From Eledone cirrhosa (Eukaryota): a DNA stretch of 64,000 nucleotides. The notes under the pieces were generated by a model, which saw nothing but the letters and a program-made list of their open reading frames with translations, was not told the DNA's origin and did not search any database. Each line of letters opens with the position of its first letter. The first letter of the stretch is position 1. The position numbers and the translations under genes are program-made. Positions 28,901-40,449 of the stretch are shown here, in pieces. The stretch covers positions 9,672,001 to 9,736,000 of the forward strand of contig OZ024749.1 in the NCBI GenBank assembly GCA_964016885.1. Direction: 5' to 3'.

Positions 28901-29962
28901 GTAGGGTATAGTAACACTGTGTAGGGTATAGTAACACTGTGTAGGGTATAGTAACACTGTGTAGGGTATAGTAACACTGTGTAGGGTATAGTAACACTGT
29001 GTAGGGTATAGTAACACTGTGTAGGGTATAGTAACACTGTGTAGGGTATAGTAACACTGTGTAGGGTATAGTAACACTGTGTAGGGTATAGTAACACTGT
29101 GTAGGGTATAGTAACACTGTGTAGGGTATAGTAACACTGTGTAGGGTATAGTAACACTGTGTAGGGTATAGTAACACTGTGTAGGGTATAGTAACACTGT
29201 GTAGGGTATAGTAACACTGTGTAGGGTATAGTAACACTGTGTAGGGTATAGTAACACTGTGTAGGGTATAGTAACACTGTGTAGGGTATAGTAACACTGT
29301 GTAGGGTATAGTAACACTGTGTAGGGTATAGTAACACTGTGTAGGGTATAGTAACACTGTGTAGGGTATAGTAAGACTGTGTAGGGTACAGTAACACTGT
29401 GTAGGGTATAGTAACACTGTGTAGGGTATAGTAACACTGTGTAGGGTATAGTAACACTGTGTAGGGTATAGTAAGACTGTGTAGGGTATAGTAACACTGT
29501 GTAGGGTATAGTAACACTGTGTAGGGTATAGTAAGACTGTGTAGGGTACAGTAACACTGTGTAGTGTATAGTAACACTGTGTAGGGTATAGTAAGACTGT
29601 GTAGGGTACAGTAACACTGTGTAGGGTATAGTAACACTGTGTAGGGTATAGTAACACTGTGTAGGGTATAGTAACACTGTGTAGGGTATAGTAACACTGT
29701 GTAGGGTATAGTAACACTGTGTAGGGTATAGTAAGACTGTGTAGGGTACAGTAACACTGTGTAGGGTATAGTAACACTGTGTAGGGTATAGTAACACTGT
29801 GTAGGGTATAGTAACACTGTGTAGGGTACAGTAAGACTGTGTAGGGTACAGTAACACTGTGTAGGGTATAGTAACACTGTGTAGGGTACAGTAAGACTGT
29901 GTAGGGTACAGTAAGACTGTGTAGGGTACAGTAACTGTGTAGGGTATAGTAACACTGTGTAG
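13995..29962. repeat. ~16 kb satellite of a 20-bp unit TA(C/T)AGTAA(C/G)ACTGTGTAGGG
   Basis: About 800 tandem units with kb-scale internal duplications; source of all YTVLLYPTQ ORFs. Confidence 0.99.
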
Positions 29963-30087
29963 ATTATGGCAATAGAATGAAAAAATTAGATTTAATAGGA
30001 AAAAAAGTAAGAAAAGATAACATCGTTAATGTTCTCTTTGTGTAAATACTGTGGTTAATAAAGAAACCACTATTATTATTATTATTA

Positions 30088-30310
30088 GGCTGATAGATTG
30101 GCATTATTGTTAGGGCGTCGGACACCCTGCTTCAGGGCATAGAGTTACAGCCCTTTATATTCTAAGTTCAAATCCCACCGAGGTTGTCTTTTCCTTTCAT
30201 CCTTACCAGGTCAATAAAATGAAGTACCAGTAACACATTGGTGTCAATTTAATTGAGTTTCCCTTTCCTTTCAAATTGCTGGCCTTGTGCCAAATGAAGA
30301 AACAATTATC
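30088..30310 (+). mobile_element. SINE family B (diverged)
   Basis: gttcaaatcccaccgagg...cctttcatcc...aagtaccag...ggccttgtgcc block. Confidence 0.75.
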
Positions 30311-30387
30311 ATTATTATTAAATTAGTAGTTATAAATGCTCGCTCATCTATATTTTGTGTGTTTATGTGTATGTGTGTGTAAGAGTT

Positions 30388-30545
30388 CTTAGTATCAGAT
30401 AGAATGTTGTATAGTATATGTTTCAGTCCTTAGTATCAGATAGAATGTTGTATAGTATATGTTTCAGTCCTTAGTATCAGATAGAATGTTGTATAGTATA
30501 TGTTTCAGTCCTTAGTATCAGATAGAATGTTCTATAGTATTTCTT
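30388..30545. repeat. 41-bp tandem repeat, about 4 copies
   Basis: cttagtatcagatagaatgttgtatagtatatgtttcagtc; expanded inside a decayed family B SINE head. Confidence 0.9.
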
Positions 30546-30840
30546 TCAGCTCTCTGCTCTCACAGTTCAAATTCCGCTGAGATCAACTTTACCTTTCATT
30601 CATTCAAGGTCAAATAAAACAGTACCAGTCTAATACTGGGGTTGATTCTTCTTCTATATCTCTTTCTCACTTTTATTCTTTCAATCTCTATTCTTCTTTG
30701 GAAGAAATCTCTGTTGAAACATAAAGAGATCGGCTCTGTCAGGTTTAAAAGGCCTAAGAAACGCTTGTACAACTCCTGAAGGAGTTGCAGGACCACCGAT
30801 ACATACATGTGTATATGTATAATATATATATGAGCATATG

Positions 30841-31177
30841 GAGGCACATGGCTTAGTGGTTAGAGCATTGGCCTTGCAATCGAAAGGTTGTGAGTTCAAT
30901 TCTCAGACCGGGTGATGTGTTGTTTCCTTGAGCAAGACACTTTATTTCACATTGCTCCAGTTTACTCAGCTGTAGAAATGAGTTGATAGGGACTGGGGTC
31001 CCTATCATTCCACTGCAAAGTGGTCGTGGAGGTGCCACACCAAAAAAGCACCCAGCACTCACCGTGAATGAGGTTGGTGTTAGGAAGGGCATCCAGCTGT
31101 AGAAATCAAGCCAGAATCAGTTCCCGTCCCAGCCTTGCAAGCAGGGAAAAGCGGACGTAAAATGATAATGATGATGA
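30841..31177 (+). mobile_element. tRNA-derived SINE, family A
   Basis: Full head to (ATG)n tail. Confidence 0.9.
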
Positions 31178-31319
31178 TATGTGTAGGTGCATGTATATGT
31201 ATGTATATGTGTGTGTACATATGAGTATGTGTATGTATGTGTTACATATATGTATATTTGCGTATGTGTGTAATATGTGTGTATGAGTATATATATGTGT
31301 ATGTATGTGTGTGTATATA

Positions 31320-32626
31320 CAGGGTGTTGACGACATTTGTTCGCAATTTTCAACTGCTAATTTTATGCAAATTTTTTTTACTTCCGTTGTCACTCTTGTC
31401 TTCATAAAAACAGTGACTATATTTCCATTATTTATTTTCAGAATAATTGATTATGAATAATTTTGAACCTCCAAATTTGTGGAAGAGACACAGAGTTCTT
31501 CTTGGAATCCGCGCCGGGAGGACAAATAAGGAAATTTCAGACTTTCTCAGCATCAGCAGGAGAATGGTGGAAAAGGTCAGAAAGGAATTGGAAGATTCAG
31601 GATTCGACTACGAAGCAACATCAGAGAGGAAAACACATGACTGACGATCTGACGCCTTCAGAACGCCCGAGTTCATCGCTGAAGTTCAGGATATCATCAA
31701 CAATGAACCTAGCAAGTCAATGCGTGCCATTGCAGGGGAGAAAGGCGTGGATGAAAAGCTCATTAGGCTGGTGGTACATGAAGACATTCGCTACGTTTCA
31801 TACAAGATGAGGAAAGGACAATTTCTGTCAAAGGCGATGCAAGAAAAGCAACTGAAGCACGCAAAGAAGCTGATCAACAAGTTGAAACACCCACTGGAGC
31901 TAGACATGCTGTGGTTTTTCTCCGAGGAGAAAAACTTCTGCCAAGACCAGAAGATAAACTCCCAGAACAACAGGTGGCTCAATGTCTCATCCAAAGACGT
32001 GCCCAGAGTCAAGCAGACAAAGTTTCCAGTGACAACATTGGTCTTAGGTGTCGTTAGCAGTCAAGGTGACGTCATGCCACCTCACTTCTTCCCTGAAGGC
32101 CTCAAGCTGAACACCGATGACTACATCCGCATTCTGAGCGAGGTAGTAAAGCCCTGGATCAACCAGGTAGCTGCAGGTAGGCCGTACGTGTGACAGCAAG
32201 ACTCAGCACCCTGCCATACCAGCCGAAAGACCCAAGCCTGGCTGTCAGAGAACTTCGTCGACCACACTTCACCTGACATCTGGCCTCCCAGCTCGCCTGA
32301 CTGCAACCTCCTCGACTTCTTTGTGTGGAGCACAGTGGAACGAGACACCAACAGATCTAGCTGCAATACGAAAGACGATCTGAAGGCTAGGATCACAAGT
32401 GCCTTTAGGGGCCTAAGTCGGGGGACAGTGACGAAGGCCTGTAGCCGGTTCCGAGGCCGCCTTGAGGCCGTCATCAAAGCCAATGGCGGGTTTATCGAGT
32501 GAGATCGAAAGAACAAGTCATGAAGACAAACTGACCCAAGTTTGATAAATAAATCTTAAAAAATAAAACTACTGTGTTATTTTTTCATAGACAGTAATCT
32601 TGCGAACAAATATTGTCCGCACCCTG
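31320..32626 (+). mobile_element. Full-length Tc1/mariner-superfamily DD37D (maT) transposon
   Basis: TA-cagggtgttgacgacatttgttcgcaa ... ttgcgaacaaatattgtccgcaccctg-TA terminal inverted repeats around a transposase frame. Confidence 0.95.
31453..32502 (+). pseudogene. DD37D transposase pseudogene
   Basis: Single 350-codon frame with two in-frame TGA stops (31642, 32191). Motifs FSEEK (for FSDEK), QQDSAPCH and WPPSSPDCNLLD, with 37 residues between the 2nd and 3rd Asp. Confidence 0.93.
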
Positions 32627-32831
32627 TATGTATATGTGTATATCTGTATATGTGTATATCTGTATATGTGTATATATGTGTGTATCATCATCATCGTCAT
32701 TTAACATCCCCTTTCCACGCTAGTATGGCTAGTGTATGTGTATGTCTGTAGGTGTGTATATGTATACGTGTACATATGTTCTATGTATATCTGTGTATGT
32801 AAATATGTATGACCATTAATCAATATTATTC

Positions 32832-33470
32832 TCCACCACTATCACCACCTCCGCCACTATCACCATCACCACCATCACCATCACCACCAACACCATCACC
32901 ACCACTATCACCACCTCCGCCATCACCACCAACACCATCACCATCACCACCACTATCACCACCCCCACCACTACTATCACCACCACCTCCACCACTAATA
33001 TCACCACCACCACCAACACCACCGCCAACAACACCACCATCACAACCTCCACCACCACCACTATCACCACCTCCACCATCACACCTATCACCACCACCTC
33101 CACCACTATCACCTCCTCCACCACTATCATCACCACCACCATCACCACCAACACCATCACCACCTCCACCAGAACTATCACCACCTCCAACAGAACTATC
33201 ACCACCTCCACCACTACTATCACCACCACCACTACTATCACCACCACCTCCACCACTAATATCACCACCACCACCAAAACCACCAGCACAACCTCCACCA
33301 CCACCGCTATCACCACCTCCACCACCGCTATCACCACCTCCACCATCACACCTATCACCACCTCCACCACTATCACCACCTCCACCACCACCAACACCTC
33401 CACCAACCACCACCAACAACACCACCACTATCCCCACCACCACCACCACCAACCAACAACAACAACAACT
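32832..33470. repeat. (ACC/ATC)-rich low-complexity repeat
   Basis: Direct inspection; explains the SPPPP ORF. Confidence 0.9.
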
Positions 33471-33619
33471 AAGTCAATATAATTACACTAAAGCTATTAT
33501 CTGTCTTCTCTGTTGTTTGTTGATTATTTTCAAAAGTCTCTGACATATCCATGTCAAAGACTGTTGACTGATTAGCACTGTAGGGGGTCAGGCTGTGTGG
33601 AGAAGGGGTTCTTCTTTAG

Positions 33620-33663
<44 letters not shown>

Positions 33664-33730
33664 ACACATACACATTATATATATATATATATATAAGAAG
33701 AAATTAAAAGATGGTTAAAAAAGTTCCATG

Positions 33731-33801
33731 TATTTTATGATGCGCATTTCAAAAACAAATATCATCCAGGGACGATATTTGCATTCTCATCAGATAAAAT
33801 A
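33731..33801 (-). ncRNA. Type I hammerhead ribozyme (family 4)
   Basis: tattttat-CTGATGA-gaatgcaaatatcgtc cctg gatgatatttgttttt-GAAA-TGCGCA-TC-ataaaata; 8-bp stem I, palindromic stem III, AUC site. Confidence 0.88.
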
Positions 33802-33894
33802 GGGAGACATGATATGAAGCTTAAAAAAGACATTTGTGAGCAAGATAGTGTTTAGACATCAAGTGTCTTTTTTAAGCTTCATATCATGTCTCCC

Positions 33895-33965
33895 TATTTT
33901 ATCTGATGAGAACGCAAATATCGTCCCTAGATGATATTTGTTTTTGAAATGCACATAATAAAATA
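33895..33965 (+). ncRNA. Type I hammerhead ribozyme (family 4)
   Basis: Mirror copy with GAAA-TGCACA-TA. Confidence 0.8.
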
Positions 33966-34307
33966 CATGGAACTTTTTTAACCATCTTTTAATTTCTTCT
34001 TATATATACTCCAGTCCAATAAACTGTTGAGTGCTACTTATCCGATATTTGCATTGCTTTATTGTGCTACAATAAAACTCACCTCCTACATTTGCAAATT
34101 TTTGCAATAACTACACATGCTGAATTCACTGGCCAAAATAGGGGTTTCCTCCCCTTGGAATATCACGTGTGCTTTCACAACCTGAGAGATTCCAGCGAAA
34201 AATGAACAAAAACCCGTTGAGAAAGTGATGCCTTGTTCGATCATTATACCAAAAGCTTATTTTTATTTTTATAAGCAGACGGTATTATTGATTTAGGTGT
34301 TGGATTT

Positions 34308-34498
34308 AGGGTGGTGGATTGGCAGTATCGGTAGAGGGTCGGACGCCATGCTTTCCAGCATAGTTACGTCCCTTTACAATCTGAGTTCAAATCCCACCGA
34401 GGTTGACTTTGCCTTTCATCTTTACGGGGTCGATAAAATAAAGTACCAGTAATGTACTGGGTAATTGCTGGCCTTGTGCCTAAAGTAGAAACAATTAT
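34308..34498 (+). mobile_element. SINE family B
   Basis: Matches 42222-42410 and 50185-50372. Confidence 0.85.
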
Positions 34499-35089
34499 TG
34501 ATTTAGGTGTTGCAGAAACCCAAATTTCGGAGTATTACATCTTCCCCGAGTATCCGGGTAACTATTTCAATCATATCTCATTCTGTTTGACCCGTTTAGC
34601 TTGTTCGCTTTTTTGGTCATGGTGGCTATGGCTTCTTAACCATCGTCTCAGCGTGTATGACCATTTTAACTTATGTTTATAGCTCTGCTATCCTCTTCAT
34701 ATGCATGGAGCGCTTGTCTGCACATTATTGAAGTTGCGTTTCGCTAATTTCTACCCGCCGAAATGCGATTCTCGCTAAATTATATCTATCTATATATATA
34801 TATATATATATATATAAAGAGAGAGAGAGATGAAGGAACGACAAAACAGGTACAAAAAGTCTTATTAGTTTCGCGCTTTATATGGAAAAAGAGGAGAGAA
34901 AGTTTTATATATATTATATTATAATATATATACTAGCAGAAAAACCTCTCTACGGGCGGTTTTCTGCTAGCATATATAGTGTGCATATTGGTATTATACG
35001 CAAATATATATGCATATACATATATATATATGTAGATATATGTAAATTGAAAAGTAAATTGACAATATCTTCTTCTTCACCCACTTATT

Positions 35090-35730
35090 TCTGAGAGGGT
35101 CGTGGGGACAGAGTCCTTCTCAAACACTCCTTCCAGCGAGTCTGTCAGTAGCAAACATCTCTAACTGATCCAGCTGGATCCCCAAGCGAGAGAAGCCAAG
35201 CTCATGGATGTTATCCAACTATCTTGCTTAGGGTCTACCTCTGGGTCTCTTGCCAGTTGGTTTTGCCTGTAAAATGTGTCCAGCGATTCTTTACTGAGAC
35301 ATTCTTACCACATGCTCACAATATCAGAGTTGTGATCTCTCAATTCGGAGAAGTAGTGGCTCTACCAAGAGTGACCCTCTGGTCTCTTAGCTATGCACTT
35401 TATTGAGTAATCCCATTTCTGCCACTTTTAGTTGCAATTGTATTCTTTTGGTCATTACTCAAGATTCATGATCCTCGGTAAGAGTTGGCAGGAATACCAG
35501 GAAGATAGGGAGTTTGGCTTTTACACCTACCTCCCTTTCATCTGATTGCTGAATGCTGAGGCTGGCGCATTACTGCATCAGCTTTTGTAATTCTTTCACT
35601 TAATTCCCCCTCCTGCATTCCATCACTCATGAACACGGCTCCAAGATACTTGAACTTCTCTAATTGCTTCAGTAGAACTCCATTCACATGTATATAAATT
35701 TGAGGGACTTCTGTCCACCTGTCCATCACG
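35090..35730 (-). mobile_element. Decayed RTE-type LINE fragment
   Basis: NGVLLKQLEKFKYLGAVFMSDG...ELSERITKA reverse-transcriptase C-terminal motif. Confidence 0.75.
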
Positions 35731-35899
35731 CAATGTGTATGTGTGTTTGTGTGAATGTATGTGTGTGTAAAAGGAAGGAAAGGGATACACACATATATGT
35801 CTCTAACTTAAAAACAGTGACACACACACACATGTCTCTAATTTAAGAATGCCGACAAACTCACGCGCACACATACACACACTGTCCTACTACCACTGA

Positions 35900-36562
35900 A
35901 GAGCTTTGGCCCAGGCAAACATCCCCTCAATTTTGGAACTGTCTGGGTTGTCCAGAATTGATGGGAAAAGACTTGACGGTCTTGCTCTGTGCTCCTGGTC
36001 AAGAGGCAGGTGCCTTACCTGGGACGTCACAGTTAGTGACTCTTGCTTCTTCCCACATCCTAGATGCAGCGGTAAGGGCGAAAGCTACAGCATCCGTAGT
36101 TGAACGGAAAAAAATCTTAAAATACTGTGTTCTGTCAGCTAACTACATTATCCAACCTGTGGCGTTTGAGACGTTTGGGGGAGTCGGGCGACTACAGCGA
36201 GGTTCTTATCTTCACTGGCAGCTCACCAAACAGAGGTAACTGGTGATGCTCGTGAGGGCACTTGGTTATTCCAGCACCTCAGCCTCGCCATCACCCCAGG
36301 TAACGCTGCGAGCGTGTTGGCTTGCCTCAAAAATTATTAGAGAGGTTTCCCAGTGCTCCTTGCTATATTGCTATATTTTGCTCTGGTAGCGTCTCGTTTT
36401 TCCACCCCTTTCGCCTGCATTTTATTCTGTGGCCTAAGATGTGTGTATTACCTGCTTGTGTATTTTTCTCTTTCTTTTTTTCCTTTCCCTTTCCTTTGTA
36501 TATATTATATTTGTTAGTGTTTTCGTTCTGTAACCATTATGTTAAATGAGTTTTAAAAAAAA
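35900..36562 (+). mobile_element. CRE-clade non-LTR retrotransposon 3' end (restriction-like endonuclease)
   Basis: Frameshifted GLSRIDGKRLDG...WDVTVSD / TLASSH...ERKKILKY...PVAFETFG ... LSLAI..GNAASV, followed by a T-rich UTR and A tail. Confidence 0.8.
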
Positions 36563-37424
36563 GAGTTAACAAATAAATAAAACGTTATACTTGTTTTACC
36601 CTCCCATCTCCAATTAAACCGAACACTATCATGACTGTGTTTGTGTAAATGTATATGTGTGAATGTATGTATGTTTGTGAAAATGTATGTGTTTATGTAT
36701 GTATATATGTGTTAATGTATGTATGTTTGTGTGAATGTATGTGTGTGAATGTATGTGTATTTGTGTAAAAGTTTGTGTGTGAATGTATGTGTATTTGTGT
36801 GAAAGTATGTGTGTGAATGTATGTGTATTTGTGTGAAAGTATGTGTATTTGTGTGAATTATGTCCGTGAGAGTGTATTTTTATAAGTTTGTGTTTGCGCG
36901 ATTATAGTTATATACTCATAATAGTTATATACTCATACATATAGATGTATGAGCACAATCATACGTGTCAGCGTGTAGAAAATCATAATGTCTCTCATCA
37001 CAAACTCTCTCTTTCTATATATATGGTAGTTGAAGTGGTGGCGACGATATACCGGAAGTGCAACTTTGAAAAGAAGTCAATTTGAAATTATTATTTTTAC
37101 GAAATTGAAATTATTATTTTCGAAATTGAGTAGATAAATTATGTAATACTCATTCATTATTTATTCAAAGTAATCCAACTTATTTTACAAACGAGGTAAA
37201 AAAAATAAACCGTACGCAATCCCGCAGACCTTCCTTTAATATAGTTTAGATTATATATATTATAAATGGCATACAGAGAGAAAGATTTACATATGTTTAT
37301 ATATATAAATATATATATATATGTTTATATATATAAATATATATAGAGAGAGAGAGAGACACAGACACACATTCATATACAGAAACACCCACGAACACAC
37401 ATACATACACACATACATACACAC

Positions 37425-37775
37425 ATGATGGTTGCCCCCTCGTTATCGAGTCTGGCCATTGCACGATATACCATTATTAATAATTATTAATTAATTCTAT
37501 CTGGCAATGCCTGTGCGTGAAGATACTTTTTAAAGTGAGGAAAGACTGTGCACTGAGCCAATCCCACTCTCTGAGTGACAGTAGCTATAACCCGAAAAAA
37601 AGAAAAGATCAACATCATCGGTAACTACTGAGCTGCAGGTTTTATATCGGAGTTATCCCAGTTTCCTGAGTTGCCTTCTCCTAGAAGAATGCCCTGAGAA
37701 AGGCTAGGGGTCCTTCACTCCCAGTGGTTTAACCACGTGATCGGGTGTCCAGCCCGACTATTTCTATGTCCCCGT
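37425..37775 (-). mobile_element. Short internally deleted RTE-like element (5' UTR-like segment plus 3' tail)
   Basis: cagggcattcttctaggagaaggcaactc resembles RTE 5' UTRs (recalled); the terminal 40 bp match the tail at 11795-11832 and resemble the RTE tail near 45955-45997. Confidence 0.5.
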
Positions 37776-38176
37776 GCATATACATACACATGCACCCATG
37801 TATATACACATATACATATACATACATATGTACATGTGTATATACATTTTTACACACTTTTGGATGGCCGTTGACCCTTATGAGTTCTTCCGCCCTTTGT
37901 CAGGTTTTGGTTTTTGTCCTGCACGGTGTCCAAAATCACCCTCCTCACCAAGTAAACTTGGTGGGGTTGCCGGTTTAGTCGCCAACGACCCGACAGTGCG
38001 ATAGGTTGTACTGGGTTACATGTTACCAGTAGCACTCAAGAGTGACCCGACACACATACATACATACATACACACAGTCTTTTTTTAGAAGTCATAAAGT
38101 GGAGACATATTTTTTTTAGGTTAAGTTTGTTGAAAGACTTAAAGACTTTCTCAAAAAAGAATATGTGTGTGTATAT

Positions 38177-38484
38177 AAGCTGAAGCATATAGACAATATG
38201 CCTCCACACCCTCCCACTGCAAAGTGGTCGTGGAGGTGCCACTGCAAAAAAAGCACCCAGTCCACACTGTAAAGTGGACGTGTAGGCGCCACGGAAAAAA
38301 GCACCCAGCACTCACTGTAAATGAGGTTGGTGTTAGGAAGGGCATCCAGCTGTAGAAATCAAGCCAAATCAGTTCCTGTATGAGCAAGGCATGGTCAGCC
38401 GACCAGTCACTGCCCACAACAGGACAACCCGTCTAACCCATGCTAGCATGGAAGAACGGACATAAAACAGTGATGATGATGATG
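38177..38484 (+). mobile_element. 3' UTR fragment of RTE LINE family B
   Basis: Colinear with 63210-63516. Confidence 0.8.
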
Positions 38485-38573
38485 AGGAGATATATATATA
38501 TATATATATATACAGTATATATATATATATATAGATATGTGTGTTTGTGTGTGTGTCAATACATAAACACATA

Positions 38574-38913
38574 TCATCATCATCATCATCATTTTACGTC
38601 CACTTTTCCCTGCTTGCAAGGGTGGGACGGGACTGATTCTGGCTTGATTTCTACAGCTGGATGCCCTTCCTAACACCAACCTCATTTACAGTGAGTGCTG
38701 GGTGCTTTTTTTTCGTGGCAACTCCACGACCACTTTGCAGTGGAATGATAGGGACCCCAGCCCCTATCATCTCATTTCTACAGCTGAGTAAACTGGAGCA
38801 ATGTGAAATAAAGTGTCTTGCTCAAGGAAACAACACATTACTCGGTCTGAGAATTGAACTCACAACCTTTCGATTGCAAGGCCAATGCTCTAATCACTGA
38901 GCCATGTGCCTCC
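38574..38913 (-). mobile_element. tRNA-derived SINE, family A
   Basis: Reverse complement of 30841-31177. Confidence 0.9.
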
Positions 38914-38961
38914 ATATATATATAAATATATCTTTGGCATCCTTTTATGTCTACTTTTCCA

Positions 38962-39185
38962 TGCTTACATGGGTTAGATGGGTCTTCTCTTGACCAACAT
39001 CCCTCCTCTCCTTACATGGGTTAGATGGGTCCTCTCTAGACCAACATCCCTGGTTCCCTTACATGGGTTAGATGGGTCCTCTCTAGACCAACATCCCTGG
39101 TTCCCTTACATGGGTTAGATGGGTCCTCTCTAGACCAACATCCCTGTTTTCCTTACTTAGGTTAGATGGGTCCTCTCTAGACTAG
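38962..39185. repeat. 47-bp tandem repeat, about 5 copies
   Basis: cttacatgggttagatgggtcctctctagaccaacatccctggttcc; expanded from a LINE tail. Confidence 0.85.
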
Positions 39186-39414
39186 CATTCCTCTTCTGCA
39201 GCTCCCTTCCTCTGTCCACCATCCTGTGACTTTCATCCTTGCACATCACATGTCGACACCAGTGCATTCTTCTCTCTTACACATGACCTCTAATTCTATT
39301 TATACCCAGTTTTTCTCTCAGTCCATCTATGTCCTACCATTCATGTACATTAACATAACATATCTAATGGAGCATGCTCACTTCATTTCTCTCCAGCCTC
39401 CATTATATCTTATA

Positions 39415-39733
39415 GGGTCAAAGAGGCAATTAAGGAAATGAAAAGCGGTAAGGCCGCTGGACCGTCACGGATAGTTGCTGTGATACTGAAGGCATCAGGA
39501 AAAGTAGGAACTAAACTGGTTGCACGCATCGTCAATCAAGCTATATATGGTGGAGTAGAGGAAGACCACGAAAAACATGGGTGGAGGTGGTGAGAGCTGA
39601 CCACAGATCACTGAGGCTCACGGAGGGGATGACGAAGAGCCGTGATGAATGGAGAGATGCTGTGCTGAATAGGATTCATCGCTCCCTTGCAAGCAGGGAA
39701 AAGAGGACATAAAATGATGATGATGATGATAAT
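39415..39733 (+). mobile_element. Internally deleted RTE LINE family A
   Basis: VKEAIKEMKSGKAAGPSRIVAVILKASG (pre-RT motif) joined directly to the GRPRKTW 3' end and (ATG)n tail. Confidence 0.8.
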
Positions 39734-39784
39734 AGTTACCACCCATGTCTCATTGCCATGCACTTCTTCCCTCAACACTATTAC

Positions 39785-40260
39785 CTCCACTCCACCACCA
39801 CTATAATCAACACCAACACCATTACTTCCCTCGCCACCAGCACTACTGACACCAACACCACTACCAATACCACCAATACCACTTCTTCCCTCACCACTAC
39901 CACCACTAACACCATTACATACCTCACCACCACCACTCCATCATCACTACCACCATTATAACCACCACCACCATTACTCCACCACCACCATTATTCCACC
40001 ACCACCACCATTACACCACCACCATTACACCACAACCACCACTACCATTACTCCATCATCACCACCACCATTACACCACCACCATTACACCACCACCACC
40101 ATTACACCACCACCACCCCCATTACACCACCACCACCATTACACCACCACTACCACCACCATTACACCACCAGCACCACACCACCACCACCATTACACCA
40201 CCACCACACCACTCCATCGTCGCTACCACCATTACACCACCACCACCACCACCACCATCC
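39785..40260. repeat. (ACC)n/CCATTACA low-complexity repeat
   Basis: Direct inspection. Confidence 0.9.
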
Positions 40261-40449
40261 CTGTTTCCTATCAATACCCACATATCATCATCAATCATCT
40301 AATTCTACTTATTGACCTCTTCCACTTCAATTCTTTCAGTTCTTTTTTTTTTTTATTTATGACAGTTTCTTGTTTTTAATATAAAAATGATGAGTTTCTA
40401 AATTGTAATTATGATAGTTATTACCATAAGAAATACAGGAGTTATGATA

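Larger units (their letters stand above)
33688..34008. mobile_element. Fold-back cassette with a hammerhead in each arm (family 4)
   Basis: Arms 33688-33836 and 33860-34008 with a 23-nt spacer; left end in (TA)n, right arm continues into a tail. Confidence 0.9.
34933..37250 (-). mobile_element. Probable non-autonomous Helitron with internal retroelement fragments
   Basis: Minus strand starts A|TCTAAACTATATTAAAG (37250) and ends in a hairpin plus CTAG|T (34933); sits in TA-rich sequence with no TSD; gtgtgaatgtatgt repeats occur on both sides of the inner CRE piece. Confidence 0.6.

Noticed and set aside
13903-29955. Very long minus-strand ORFs (up to 1393 aa, YTVLLYPTQ...)
   Set aside because: The 20-bp unit has no stop on that strand in any frame; all three frames give the same peptide and indels shift frame freely.
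13995-29962. CRISPR-like array or binary information code
   Set aside because: There are no unique spacers or cas genes, the context is eukaryotic, and variant patterns are explained by block duplication.
30841-30915. tRNA gene with a GCA-like anticodon loop
   Set aside because: Acceptor and anticodon stems do not pair, and it is always fused to the SINE body.
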